Virus record (IMG/VR): IMGVR_UViG_3300036781_000342
Location: 1-52,666 of that record
Origin: a virus
Lineage: Duplodnaviria; Caudoviricetes
DNA: 52,666 bases
Direction: 5' to 3' (one strand)
The number at the start of each line of letters is the position of its first letter. Positions within the stretch are counted from its first letter, which is position 1. Positions 18,985 to 28,231 of the stretch are shown in pieces. The notes under the pieces were generated by a model. That model was not told where the DNA came from and did not search any database. It saw only the letters and a list, made by a program, of their open reading frames with translations. A program made the position numbers and the translations under genes.

Positions 18985-19358
18985 TGCGCTGTTACATCGC
19001 TGGTCCGATGTCTGGGGTGAAGAATTTCAACTACCCCGCCTTCCACGCGACCGCAGCCAAGCTGCGCTCGCAGGGCCACGAGGTCTTCAACCCGGCCGAA
19101 CGAGACATCGAACGTCACGGCGTCGACATCTCCAAGGGCAACGACACCGGCGACGTGGCCCAGGCCGCGCGTGACCACGGGTTCGATCGCCGCAAGGCGC
19201 TGGCCGAAGACCTGGCGTGGATCTGCGAGCACGCCGAGGCCATCGCCCTGTTGCCGGGCTGGGCCTACAGCAAGGGGGCGACCGCGGAATACGCAGTCGC
19301 CAAGGCGCTCGGCCTCGCCGTCATGCTGCTGCGGCCGTCGCTGGAGGACGTCACCTGA
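18984..19358 (+). CDS. DUF4406 (nucleoside deoxyribosyltransferase-like) protein
   Basis: YIAGPMSG..FNYPAF..NPAE..LLPGW..SKGATAE. Confidence 0.88.
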   Translation: MRCYIAGPMSGVKNFNYPAFHATAAKLRSQGHEVFNPAERDIERHGVDISKGNDTGDVAQAARDHGFDRRKALAEDLAWICEHAEAIALLPGWAYSKGATAEYAVAKALGLAVMLLRPSLEDVT

Positions 19359-19573
19359 TGTTCCTCCCCGACAACACCATCGGCTGGCTCAAGTACGCAA
19401 CCGCCGCGCCTGCGGCACGTCGGGGCCGTAAGGCAGCCAGAACCGACACCTGGCACCGCGTCGGCGTGGTCTACCGCATCGCCGGCTCGCACACCTACGT
19501 CGTCGAGAAGAACCGCACGCGGTTCCGCATCGACCGTGGCGACGTGTTGGTTGTGGTGCGGCCGAGCGAATGA
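19358..19573 (+). CDS. Small hypothetical protein
   Basis: TGATG coupling; GGAGG RBS. Confidence 0.6.
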   Translation: MFLPDNTIGWLKYATAAPAARRGRKAARTDTWHRVGVVYRIAGSHTYVVEKNRTRFRIDRGDVLVVVRPSE

Positions 19574-20223
19574 TCGCTGCGCTCTTCGTCGAGACTGGCG
19601 GTTGCTACTACGGCCTGCCCGGCGTGGACCCCTGGGACGAGGCGCGCGACGCGCGTCTCTACCCCGGATCCCGCCCCGTCGTGTGCCACTCGCCTTGCCC
19701 GCGCTGGGGCGAGATGTGGTTTGGCCAGCCGCTGACGGTGAAGCGCACCGGCGTCCGCAAGAAGAAGGGCGACGATGGCGGTTGTTTCAAGGCTGCGCTG
19801 GCCGCTGTTCGCAAGTGGGGTGGAGTGTTGGAGCATCCGAAGGGGTCGCACGCCTGGAAGCATTTCGGGCTGAAAGAACCGCCCGTCGACGGTGGTTGGG
19901 TACAGGCCGACGATCACGGCGGTTGGACCTGCTGCGTCGAGCAGCGACCCTATGGCCATTACGCGCGCAAGCCGACGTGGCTGTACGCTTGCTGGGCCGC
20001 GCTGCCCGAACTGGCGTGGGGGCGAAGCGAGCCGCAGTACGACCCCAAGGTGGTCGAACGTATGGGCCTGAAGCGCGCGAAGCGGCTCGGCGAAGTGGGC
20101 GCCCGCGGCGGCGGTACAGACAGCAGCCCGCGCATCGCCACACCGGAGCGCTTCCGCAACGTCCTGATCGCCATAGCTATGTCCGCGGCGTCTGACGTCT
20201 GTCGCATTGGGGTGTTCGCGTGA
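19570..20223 (+). CDS. Cytosine methyltransferase-like protein (short phage type)
   Basis: AALF, HSPC, VLEHP, ARKPTWL; motif I degenerate. Confidence 0.6.
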   Translation: MIAALFVETGGCYYGLPGVDPWDEARDARLYPGSRPVVCHSPCPRWGEMWFGQPLTVKRTGVRKKKGDDGGCFKAALAAVRKWGGVLEHPKGSHAWKHFGLKEPPVDGGWVQADDHGGWTCCVEQRPYGHYARKPTWLYACWAALPELAWGRSEPQYDPKVVERMGLKRAKRLGEVGARGGGTDSSPRIATPERFRNVLIAIAMSAASDVCRIGVFA

Positions 20224-20450
20224 CCGTCCTCCACAGCCAATCCGACACCCGCGACGACCGCACCAAGTGCGGCGTCGAAGGCATCCAGATCGCACTCGGC
20301 GGGCGGCTTGCGCTGCTGTCGCCAGGCCGATGCGCCTTCAAGCTGGCGTTCGAAGGCGAGCAGGTGACGTGCGCGACGTGCGTCGCAGGCGTCCGCACGC
20401 TGCGCGGGGTGCGGACGATGGGCTGGAAGCGGTTGTTGGGGGACGTATGA
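20220..20450 (+). CDS. Small Cys-containing hypothetical protein
   Basis: Coupled at both ends; TKCG..VTCATC. Confidence 0.55.
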   Translation: MTVLHSQSDTRDDRTKCGVEGIQIALGGRLALLSPGRCAFKLAFEGEQVTCATCVAGVRTLRGVRTMGWKRLLGDV

Positions 20451-22687
20451 GCGAGTCCGCTCGCGTGGATTTTGAGTCCAGATGTGATCTACGCCTCGGC
20501 CTGAAGCATCGCGACAACAAGGGCCTCGGCCGTTACTTCGAAAGCCCGCACTGGAAGGCACTCATCATGTGCCACCAGATGCCGGGCGCCGAGACCATCA
20601 GCGACTGGACCTACCGCGACGTCGATTGCCCGGCCGACCTCGCCCACCACATCCGCACCGGCGGGATGATACGTGCGCATAACGCGCAGTTCGAACGCAA
20701 CTGCTTCGACAACCAGCACTCCCGCTTCGGCTGGCCGCGGCCGCGCGTCGACCAATACGTCTGTACGGCGGTTGAGGCCGCTGCCATGTCGCTCCCGCGC
20801 TCGCTCGACGACGTCGGCACGGTGCTCAACCTGGCTGTCCAGAAGGACAAGCGCGGCAAGGAACTGATCGACTTCTTCAGCGTCCCCATCCGGCGTCTCA
20901 AGCGCCACGCGCACCTGCCGCCCGGCCCGATCTTCAACGAGCCCGAAGACCATCCAGAGCAGTTCGACGCTTTCCGCACGTACTGCCGGCGCGACGTAGA
21001 GACCGAGGCTGCCGTCGCCGCGCGCCTGTTTCCCCTCATGGCCGCCGATCAGGAGATGTACACCCTCGACCAGGTCATCAACTCGCGCGGCCTGCAGATC
21101 GACCTGGAGAGCGTTCACGCCGCGCTGCGCCTGGCCGCCAAGGCACGCGAACGGCTCGAGGCCGAATTGCTCGACCTAACCCTCGGTCAGGTCACAGGCA
21201 TCAACAAGTCGGCCGAGATTTGCGCGTACCTGAAGAAGCGCGGCGTCGAGACCGACTCTGTGGCCAAGGACGTCGTTGCCGACCTGTTGGAGCTCGAGGA
21301 CATCCCCGACGATGCGCGCCGCGTGTTGGAGATCCGGCAGCAGGGCGCGAAGTCCTCGACGGCCAAGCTCGAGGCCCTGGTCGAGAGAGCCTCTGCCGAT
21401 GGCAGAGTTCGCAACGCCTTCATGATGAACGCCGCCGGCCCTGGGCGCTGGACGTCGACCGGCGCCCAGCTTCACAACCTGCCGCGGCCGCGCAAGGTAT
21501 TCGCCGACGCGCATCTCGACCTCGACGTCCTGTTCGGCGCCATCCGCCACGGCGACCCGGCTTACGTCGAGTTCCTGTACGGCCCGCAGCTCGGCCAGCC
21601 CCTGCCGCTGCTCGCCGACAGTCTCAAGAGCTTCATCTGCGCCGCGCCTGGCCACGACCTGATGGAGGTCGATTACAGCGGCATCCAGAACGCCAACGGC
21701 GCCTGGCTGGCCGACGAGACGTGGAAGCTAGAGGCGATGAAGGAAATCATCGCCAACCCCAAGCTGCCCGATATGTACTGCCGCGTCGCCGAGGGCATCT
21801 ACGGCGAGCCGATCGCCAAGGGCGACGGCCGGCGCCAGGTCGGCAAGGTCTCGGATCTGTCGATGCAGTTCGAAGGCGGCGTGTCGGCGCTGTATATGAT
21901 GGCCCGCGTCTACGGCCTGAAGCTGCATCCCGTCTTCCCGCCAGTCTGGGCCGCCGCCAGTGAAGAACGCCGCGAGAAGGCGTGCAAACGCTACGAGCGG
22001 TGTCTGAAGCGGCGCGAGGCCAAGGCCGACGTGCTGACGCGCGAGGGCTGGATCGCCGGCGAGCTCATCAAGATCGGCTTTCGCGCCGGCCATCCCGCCA
22101 TCGCTGGCTCCTGGAAGCTGCTGGCCAACGCCATGCGCGAGGCGGTAGCGAACCCCGGCAAGCAGGTCAGCGTCCTCAAGGTGGCGTATCTCGTCGCCCA
22201 TGACTTCCTGTTCTGTCGGTTGCCATCCGGCCGCGCCATCGCCTACCCGGCGCCACGGCTGCGCCAGATGGTGTGGTTCAAGGATCACCTGACCGGCGAC
22301 AGCGACTGCATCCCGGCCGAGCAGGGCTACGCTCGCGAGAAGGCTGGCGAGGGGAAGGTGACGGATAACGCGCCGGCGTCGGTGACGGCGCTTGGCGTCG
22401 ACAACAACACGCGGGAGTTCCTGCGCTACGGCCTGTATGGCGGCCTTGCCTTCCAGAACGTCGTCATGGGCATCGAGGTCGACATCCTGCGCCACGGACT
22501 CAAGGCGGCCGAGCGCGAGGGCTATCCGGCCGTCGGGCACATTCACGACGCGGGGCTCTTTGAACCCCCAGAGGGGTTCGGAAGCGTCGACGAGCTGCGC
22601 GAGACCATGTGCCGGCTGCCTGGGTGGGCTGCGGGCCTGCCGCTGACTGGCGCGGGTTATCGCTCAAAACGTCTGAAAAAGGATTGA
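20447..22687 (+). CDS. Family A DNA polymerase with 3'-5' exonuclease domain
   Basis: DFES, AHNAQFE, YCRRDV; GRW..QLHNLPR; DYSGIQ; RQVGK; HIHD. Confidence 0.93.
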   Translation: MSESARVDFESRCDLRLGLKHRDNKGLGRYFESPHWKALIMCHQMPGAETISDWTYRDVDCPADLAHHIRTGGMIRAHNAQFERNCFDNQHSRFGWPRPRVDQYVCTAVEAAAMSLPRSLDDVGTVLNLAVQKDKRGKELIDFFSVPIRRLKRHAHLPPGPIFNEPEDHPEQFDAFRTYCRRDVETEAAVAARLFPLMAADQEMYTLDQVINSRGLQIDLESVHAALRLAAKARERLEAELLDLTLGQVTGINKSAEICAYLKKRGVETDSVAKDVVADLLELEDIPDDARRVLEIRQQGAKSSTAKLEALVERASADGRVRNAFMMNAAGPGRWTSTGAQLHNLPRPRKVFADAHLDLDVLFGAIRHGDPAYVEFLYGPQLGQPLPLLADSLKSFICAAPGHDLMEVDYSGIQNANGAWLADETWKLEAMKEIIANPKLPDMYCRVAEGIYGEPIAKGDGRRQVGKVSDLSMQFEGGVSALYMMARVYGLKLHPVFPPVWAAASEERREKACKRYERCLKRREAKADVLTREGWIAGELIKIGFRAGHPAIAGSWKLLANAMREAVANPGKQVSVLKVAYLVAHDFLFCRLPSGRAIAYPAPRLRQMVWFKDHLTGDSDCIPAEQGYAREKAGEGKVTDNAPASVTALGVDNNTREFLRYGLYGGLAFQNVVMGIEVDILRHGLKAAEREGYPAVGHIHDAGLFEPPEGFGSVDELRETMCRLPGWAAGLPLTGAGYRSKRLKKD

Positions 22688-22713
22688 CGACATACATACA
22701 TACGACATACAAT
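22684..22713 (+). promoter_or_regulatory. Sigma70-like promoter with (ACAT)n spacer
   Basis: TTGACG-18-TACAAT. Confidence 0.65.
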
Positions 22714-22737
22714 TCGACACCCTCAAGGAGAGCAGCC

Positions 22738-22959
22738 CTGCCTCGCAAAGTCATCCGTCAACACTCCAACCAACGTGGGTTGAGTTCGCCGCCTCCGACA
22801 ACGATGCGAATCGCGCTCCCGTTGCTTCGTCGTGTCGACGCCATGGCGGACAGAGCGAAATACCGCACGAGTCGTTCGTGGCTGATCGCCAAGTACATTG
22901 AGGATGGCCTGGCGCGCGACGGCGACAAGGTGGTTGAGCCGACGGGGGTGTTCGAATGA
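22738..22959 (+). CDS. Ribbon-helix-helix DNA-binding protein (probable CTG start)
   Basis: AAGGAG 7 nt before CTG; TTMRIALPLLRRVDAMA..SRSWLIAKYIEDGL. Confidence 0.7.
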   Translation: MPRKVIRQHSNQRGLSSPPPTTMRIALPLLRRVDAMADRAKYRTSRSWLIAKYIEDGLARDGDKVVEPTGVFE

Positions 22960-23195
22960 AGACCCGTGCGGATCGTCAGCTCGAGACACACCGAATGGCG
23001 AAGTGCGCTTGCGGCAATGTCGCTGGGTTGGGGGAGACGAAGTGCGGCCGCTGTCGCGTGGCCGACGATGTCGACGCCCAGCTCATAGAAGAGGCGCGCA
23101 ACCGGGCCTTGTACGCGGGTGCAGAGACGCCGTCCGATTTCGCGCTGGAGGAATTGTTGACGCGACTGGCCGACCGGCTGCAGGCGCTAACATGA
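22956..23195 (+). CDS. Small Zn-finger-like protein
   Basis: CACG..CGRC; ATGA coupling. Confidence 0.6.
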   Translation: MKTRADRQLETHRMAKCACGNVAGLGETKCGRCRVADDVDAQLIEEARNRALYAGAETPSDFALEELLTRLADRLQALT

Positions 23196-23302
23196 GACCC
23201 CGTCGCCACCCCTGCGACGAATCGACGGCCGAATGGCTCGTCATCGCCTTCGTCGTGCTCGTCGTCCTGCCCGTCATCTTCACCGGCCTGTCGTTCATCT
23301 AG
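23192..23302 (+). CDS. Small membrane protein
   Basis: 36 aa, one TM helix; ATGA coupling. Confidence 0.55.
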   Translation: MRPRRHPCDESTAEWLVIAFVVLVVLPVIFTGLSFI

Positions 23303-23311
23303 GAGCCCTCA

Positions 23312-23632
23312 ATGATCAACCGCGCTGAACTGGAAGAGGCGTGCGAGTTCTTTCGCAGGCGTCTCAATGAAAATAAGCCCCATCATCACCACGCCGCTGT
23401 TCTGGTGGACGCCGCGGAAGCCCACCTAGCCACGCTCCCGAAGACCAAGATGGTCGAGGTGTGGCACCTCGAATATGCGCGGCTTCAGAGCGAGGGCTAT
23501 TGGGCGGCGCTGGTGGAGGGCGGTTTCACCACCGCGCAAAGCGCAAAGCGCGAGGCCGAGCGGATGGGCCACGACAGCAAGAATGCTTGTCTCTGCGTCA
23601 CCGGCCCCCACCAGCAAGAGGTGCCCGCATGA
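23312..23632 (+). CDS. Hypothetical protein
   Basis: AGGAG RBS; coupled to the next gene. Confidence 0.65.
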   Translation: MINRAELEEACEFFRRRLNENKPHHHHAAVLVDAAEAHLATLPKTKMVEVWHLEYARLQSEGYWAALVEGGFTTAQSAKREAERMGHDSKNACLCVTGPHQQEVPA

Positions 23633-23847
23633 GCACGCCACACCTGCACGCCTTCACGGCCACCGTCACCTTCAATGACGGCGGCGAACCGCGCGAAATC
23701 CCGTACGACGCCCTGTGCGGGCTCAACGGCGGATTCTATTTCCAGGCTCTGGGCTCGCCATCGACGTGGCTGCCGGCCGACCGCATCGCCGAGATCGAGA
23801 TGACGGACAATCCGCACTATGTGGCGGGTGGTATGGTGGCGCAATGA
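23629..23847 (+). CDS. Hypothetical protein
   Basis: GAGGTG RBS; ATGA overlap. Confidence 0.6.
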   Translation: MSTPHLHAFTATVTFNDGGEPREIPYDALCGLNGGFYFQALGSPSTWLPADRIAEIEMTDNPHYVAGGMVAQ

Positions 23848-24050
23848 ATCCCTTCGCTTGGTTCGCCATAGCCCTCTTAGCTGGCGGTTTCACTTGGTTT
23901 TGCGCTTCAGAGGACACCCGCACCCGTCAGTACGTCGCCGACTGCGACCAGCAGGGTGGCCGCGTGGTCCGTATGTACCTGCAGCAACACATGCGCTGGA
24001 TGCAGTGCGTTCACGGCCTCGAAGTCGTGACACTGCCGCAAGACCGATGA
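23844..24050 (+). CDS. Small membrane-anchored protein
   Basis: N-terminal TM, C..GG..C; ATGA overlaps. Confidence 0.6.
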   Translation: MNPFAWFAIALLAGGFTWFCASEDTRTRQYVADCDQQGGRVVRMYLQQHMRWMQCVHGLEVVTLPQDR

Positions 24051-24337
24051 CCCTCGACGAACTCCGCGCCGACCGGCCCAACCTCGGCTTCGCCGTCTAC
24101 GCCTACGAGCCTGGCAAGCCCGTGACGCTGGAGATCCACGACGCCGACGGCCAGACCTACAGCGTCACGACACCGACGCTCGAGGCGGCGATCGGCGTTG
24201 CGTTTCCGTCTGTTGTTTCAAGGGTGCCGTCCGGCGACGAGTCGCACTCGTCGTCGCTGCGGCCGCGGCGCTACTCGCCTTCAGTGGCTGAGGAAGCGGA
24301 CGGCCCCGTTGAAACAACAGGCGATGTGTTTTCGTAG
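24047..24337 (+). CDS. Hypothetical protein ending GDVFS
   Basis: ATGA overlap; LGFAVYAYEPGKPVTLE. Confidence 0.65.
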   Translation: MTLDELRADRPNLGFAVYAYEPGKPVTLEIHDADGQTYSVTTPTLEAAIGVAFPSVVSRVPSGDESHSSSLRPRRYSPSVAEEADGPVETTGDVFS

Positions 24338-24346
24338 GAGACAACG

Positions 24347-24565
24347 ATGGCCGTTAATATTCCCCTGGGCGACACCCGCTTGTCTGTGCAGGTCGACGAC
24401 GACACCGTGTGGCTTATCTTCCACACCGACGCAGGCAAGTCCGTCATGCTCAACATGGCCAGCATCGCCGACAAGGCGGCGGCAGAGGGCTTCATTAAGG
24501 CTGCCCTTAACCAATGGTTCAACGAGCGCGTCGATCAAGCCAAGGCACTTCGCCAAGGTGCCTAA
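24347..24565 (+). CDS. Hypothetical protein
   Basis: AGGAG RBS. Confidence 0.7.
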   Translation: MAVNIPLGDTRLSVQVDDDTVWLIFHTDAGKSVMLNMASIADKAAAEGFIKAALNQWFNERVDQAKALRQGA

Positions 24566-24566
24566 C

Positions 24567-24743
24567 GTGCCTGACCAACAGCCGCCGCCCCACCAATGCC
24601 AATACTGCGGGCGGGACATGGCGCGCGAGAGCCACAAGCTCGACTGCCGGATCGTGCGCGACATCGACGGCATTGAAGGCTACCTAGACATCCCGGCGTT
24701 CCTGGATGTGCGGCGTGGTAAGCAGAGCGACGTGTTTGACTAG
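24567..24743 (+). CDS. Small Zn-binding protein with an FtsZ C-terminal-like YLDIPAFL motif (start 24558 or 24567)
   Basis: CQYC..H..C; YLDIPAFL; ends SDVFD. Confidence 0.6.
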   Translation: MPDQQPPPHQCQYCGRDMARESHKLDCRIVRDIDGIEGYLDIPAFLDVRRGKQSDVFD

Positions 24744-24753
24744 GGAGACGATG

Positions 24754-24873
24754 ATGCCGTTCACCAACGACGAGATCAGAAATATCGCTCGCGTAACGCT
24801 CGACCACTATGAGATGCGCCACTACCGCCGCCCGCCGCTGTGGCGGCGATTCTTGCGTTGGTTCGGTCTCTAG
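24754..24873 (+). CDS. 39-aa protein resembling the major capsid protein N-terminus
   Basis: GGGAG RBS; MPFTNDEIRNIARVTLDHYEMRHYRRPPLWRRFLRWFGL (below the ORF-track cutoff). Confidence 0.6.
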   Translation: MPFTNDEIRNIARVTLDHYEMRHYRRPPLWRRFLRWFGL

Positions 24874-24946
24874 TCACGCCAGCCCTGTCTGACGTCAGAC
24901 AAATCCGTTAAACTAGACGCTCCCGCGCACCCTCGAGGCGAGCCGT

Positions 24947-25660
24947 TTGACCCTTCTGTTAGGTGACTGTCGCGACGTCCTGCCGACGCTGGAACTCGCC
25001 GACGCCGCAATCACAGACCCGCCATACGGCGACACGAGCCTGGAGTGGGATCGCCGTGTAGATGGTTGGGTGGCGGTGTTGGCGCGGGCGCTCAAGCCGG
25101 CGGCCAGTGTGTGGGTGTTCGGCAGCTTGCGCTTCCTCGTGCCGGTCTTTGCCGAGTTGGAAGCGGCCGGCTTTCGCTACAGCCAGGACATCGTTTGGCA
25201 TAAGCAAAACGGCACTGGCTTCCACGCCGACCGCTTCCGGCGTGTCCACGAGCACGCGGCGATGTTCTACCGGGGTGCGTGGTCCGACGTCTACCACGAC
25301 ACGCAGTACACAGCCGACGCGACGGCGCGGACAGTGCGTCGGAAGAAGCGGCCAGCGCATACCGGCCACATCGAAGCGTCGCACTACGTCAGCCACGACG
25401 GCGGCCCGCGCATGATGCGGAGCGTGTTGGACGTCCGTAACGAACACGGCCGAGCGGTTCACCCGACCCAAAAGCCTGTCGAACTGATAGAGCCTCTGGT
25501 GCGCTACAGCGTGCCGCCCGGCGGCTTGGTCGTAGACCCGTTCGCCGGCAGTGCTTCGACCTGCCTCGCAGCGATAAGCGCCGGCCGACGCTACGTCGGC
25601 ATCGAGAAAAACGCCGACTATTTCGCAATGGCGCAACAGCGGATTGGAGTCTTCCTGTGA
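24947..25660 (+). CDS. N6-adenine/N4-cytosine DNA methyltransferase (beta class)
   Basis: GDC, TDPPY, HPTQKP, DPFAGSAST. Confidence 0.93.
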   Translation: MTLLLGDCRDVLPTLELADAAITDPPYGDTSLEWDRRVDGWVAVLARALKPAASVWVFGSLRFLVPVFAELEAAGFRYSQDIVWHKQNGTGFHADRFRRVHEHAAMFYRGAWSDVYHDTQYTADATARTVRRKKRPAHTGHIEASHYVSHDGGPRMMRSVLDVRNEHGRAVHPTQKPVELIEPLVRYSVPPGGLVVDPFAGSASTCLAAISAGRRYVGIEKNADYFAMAQQRIGVFL

Positions 25661-27849
25661 CCGGCAATCCGTTCCGTTCGTTCTTCGATGCGGGCTATCA
25701 GCGCTTGATACCCGTGGTGCCACCCGGTGCGCCGCTGTCGCCAAACTCGTCGCTCGCAAAGCGCATGGAGCGCGACGCCACCAAGGATGCGCGCGGCAAG
25801 GCGCCTGGCGTGCTGGGTGGCGATGGTCTCTGGCGTGGCGTCGACTGGCTAAAGATCGTCGTAAGTGAGCAGCTGCTCGACGAGTGGAACAGCTGGCAAG
25901 CCGGCGTAGGCATCCGCACCGGCGCGGGTTTGGTGGCTGTCGACATCGACACGTTGGACCCACAGCTCGCCAAGATCGCCGACGACGCTGCGAGCGAACT
26001 GCTGGGGCCATCGCCGGCGCGCATCGGCCGCGCCCCGAAGACCCTGCGCGTCTACCGCTGCACCGAAGACCGGCCCTACCAGCGCGCAACCTTCGCCGGC
26101 GGCATCGTCGAGTTGCTGACAGAGGGCAAGCAATTCGTCGCGTCCGGCATCCACCCCAAGACCGGCAAGCCCTACGAGTGGCAGCCTTACGCCATGCCGT
26201 TCACGGCCCTGGTCGAAGTCACTGGCGTCCAGCTCGACGCCTTCTTCGCCCGCCTGACCGAGATCCTGCCCGCAACCGAGATCAGCACCGAAGCCACAGC
26301 AGCGCGCGCCGACGTCGACCAGGCGCAGCTTGCAGGCAATCCAGACACGGTGGACGAAGCCGTGGCCGCGCTCCCAAACAACTTCGAGGACCGCGACAGC
26401 TACATCCGCGTCGGCGCTGCCATCAAGGCCGCCATCCCTGACGACCCGGAACACGGCCTCGAACTCTTCCAGGATTGGGCCAGCAAGTGGCACGACTACG
26501 ACGCCGACAACACAGCATCGGATTGGAAGCGGCTCAAGCCACCTTTCAGCGTCGGTGCGCAGTACCTCTACAGCCTCGCCAGCGAGCACGGCGACTTCAG
26601 CACCGCAGATGCATGGTTCACCGGCTCTAGCGCACCAGCGGGCTCCGCAGGTGTAGCAAAGACGATTTGGGATGAGGCACCGGCCGAGGCAGAGCCTGAG
26701 TTGCCGCCGCTCCAGTGGGCAAACACGCGCACCTGGCGCCAGACCGAAGCGCCCAAGCGGGAGTGGGAGGTAGACGGCTTCATCCCGCGCGGCGTCGTCA
26801 CGCTGGTCTATGGTGAGGGTGGCGTCGGCAAGACGCTCGTGATGCACCAGTACGCCGCGTGCGCCGCCGCAGGCGTCAAATGGCTGGGCCAACCGACCCG
26901 GCCGGCGCGCGTCATGTGCGTGTTCTGCGAGGACGACGAAGACGAGCTCCACCGGCGCCATCAGGCGATCATCAAGGCGTGCGGCATCGAGGGCGATTCC
27001 GTCGACGACAACCTGCGCATCATCTCACGCGCCGGCGAAGACAACCTGATCGTTGGCTTCAGCCGCTCGGGCGCTGCGATGCAGAAGACCGCTTTTTGGC
27101 ATCAGCTCAACCGCGAAGCCGATGCGTGGCAGCCCGACGTGCTGATCCTCGACACGATCGCCGACATCTATGGCGGGTCGGAGATAGACCGTATGCAGGT
27201 CAACCAGTTCGTGAAGGTCGGGCTTGGCGGCCTGGCGCCCAAGAACAGCAAGCGGTCGGTGATAGCCCTGGGCCATCCATCGGTGGCCGGTAGGTCTGAG
27301 GGGCGCAGCGGATCCACAGCCTGGTCCAACGCCTCGCGCCATAGAAACTACATGCGCCGGCCCAAGGGCAAGGAAAAGGGCAACGAGCGCGAGATAGAGG
27401 GGATGAAGACCAACCGCGGCGCGGTCGGCAACCTGTTGCAGGTCGAGTGGAAGGCCGGCGCGTTCTCGATCGTCGCCTCGTCTACCCAGATAGACCTAAA
27501 CGCTTTTAAAGAGGCTGCGGTGGCCAGTGTGGCGCGGGAGCAGACGACAGAGGGTCGCGAGGAAGCCGCTGTGCTGGCGGCTGTGGCGGCCGCGCGCACG
27601 GCGTGCCTGCCGCTGGGCATGTCGGCCCGGTCGTACAACACGTATGCCCCGCGCGCCCTGCGCGTCGCGTTCCCTGAGATCATGCGCCTAGTGCGCGGCG
27701 ATGACGCCATCGTTGAAGACGTGATGCGCCGACTACTGAGCAGCGGTCGTGTCAGGGCGGCAACCTGGCGGAACCCCGCGCGCAGGCACGACGTGTCGGG
27801 CTATGAGGTCGTTACGGCCGCATCGGCAGGGACCGACATATTCAATTGA
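25657..27849 (+). CDS. Primase-polymerase / PriCT-2 / AAA_25 (RepA-like) helicase fusion
   Basis: VAVDID, SGIHPKTGKPYEW; GEGGVGKT; CEDD; LILDT; GSTAW. Confidence 0.92.
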   Translation: MTGNPFRSFFDAGYQRLIPVVPPGAPLSPNSSLAKRMERDATKDARGKAPGVLGGDGLWRGVDWLKIVVSEQLLDEWNSWQAGVGIRTGAGLVAVDIDTLDPQLAKIADDAASELLGPSPARIGRAPKTLRVYRCTEDRPYQRATFAGGIVELLTEGKQFVASGIHPKTGKPYEWQPYAMPFTALVEVTGVQLDAFFARLTEILPATEISTEATAARADVDQAQLAGNPDTVDEAVAALPNNFEDRDSYIRVGAAIKAAIPDDPEHGLELFQDWASKWHDYDADNTASDWKRLKPPFSVGAQYLYSLASEHGDFSTADAWFTGSSAPAGSAGVAKTIWDEAPAEAEPELPPLQWANTRTWRQTEAPKREWEVDGFIPRGVVTLVYGEGGVGKTLVMHQYAACAAAGVKWLGQPTRPARVMCVFCEDDEDELHRRHQAIIKACGIEGDSVDDNLRIISRAGEDNLIVGFSRSGAAMQKTAFWHQLNREADAWQPDVLILDTIADIYGGSEIDRMQVNQFVKVGLGGLAPKNSKRSVIALGHPSVAGRSEGRSGSTAWSNASRHRNYMRRPKGKEKGNEREIEGMKTNRGAVGNLLQVEWKAGAFSIVASSTQIDLNAFKEAAVASVAREQTTEGREEAAVLAAVAAARTACLPLGMSARSYNTYAPRALRVAFPEIMRLVRGDDAIVEDVMRRLLSSGRVRAATWRNPARRHDVSGYEVVTAASAGTDIFN

Positions 27850-27872
27850 GCGACATACAAACGCCAAGAGAC

Positions 27873-27903
27873 GCCCCGCCACAGTGCGGGGCTTTTCATT
27901 TGT
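27873..27903 (+). terminator. Intrinsic terminator of the rightward replication operon
   Basis: GCCCCGC-cacagt-GCGGGGC-TTTTCATTT. Confidence 0.75.
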
Positions 27904-27909
27904 ATGCGG

Positions 27910-28174
27910 CGCGCGGCAGTCGTGCGCGGCACTGCGCGGCACTTCGGTTTTTGAGTGCGCGGCACTGCGCGGCAGTTGCTCTAGAATGCAAGCGGGCGTG
28001 CATTTCAGCCAAATGCGCGGCAGTCAAAGCAACTGACTTGACATACACGCTTGCGCGGCACTGCGCGGCAGTGCGCGGCAGTTGGTTTAAAATGCAAGCG
28101 GGCGTGCGTTATATGCTGTTTTGGCCATAGTGCGCGGCAGTGCGCGGCAGTGCGCAAGGCTAGTGCGCGGCAGT
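27910..28174. repeat. Array of about 12 (T)GCGCGGCA[C/G] 10-mers, candidate replication origin iterons
   Basis: Tandem pairs and triplets at 27923, 27956, 28052, 28131; AATGCAAGCGGGCGTGC present twice. Confidence 0.75.
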
Positions 28175-28231
28175 CACCCCTTATAGGGGGACGCCAAGCC
28201 AACTGTTGTTGGTCAAACGATAGGCCACCGC

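Noticed and set aside
12582-22687. 2-aminoadenine (Z) or 7-deazaguanine genome pathway
   Set aside because: No PurZ, DatZ, DpdA or Que genes recognised in the window; DUF5664 alone is not enough
19570-25660. Restriction-modification system
   Set aside because: Methyltransferases are solitary, with no adjacent endonuclease, as is common for phage self-protection
27910-28174. CRISPR array
   Set aside because: Units are 10 bp and abut each other, with no unique spacers of regular length and no cas operon
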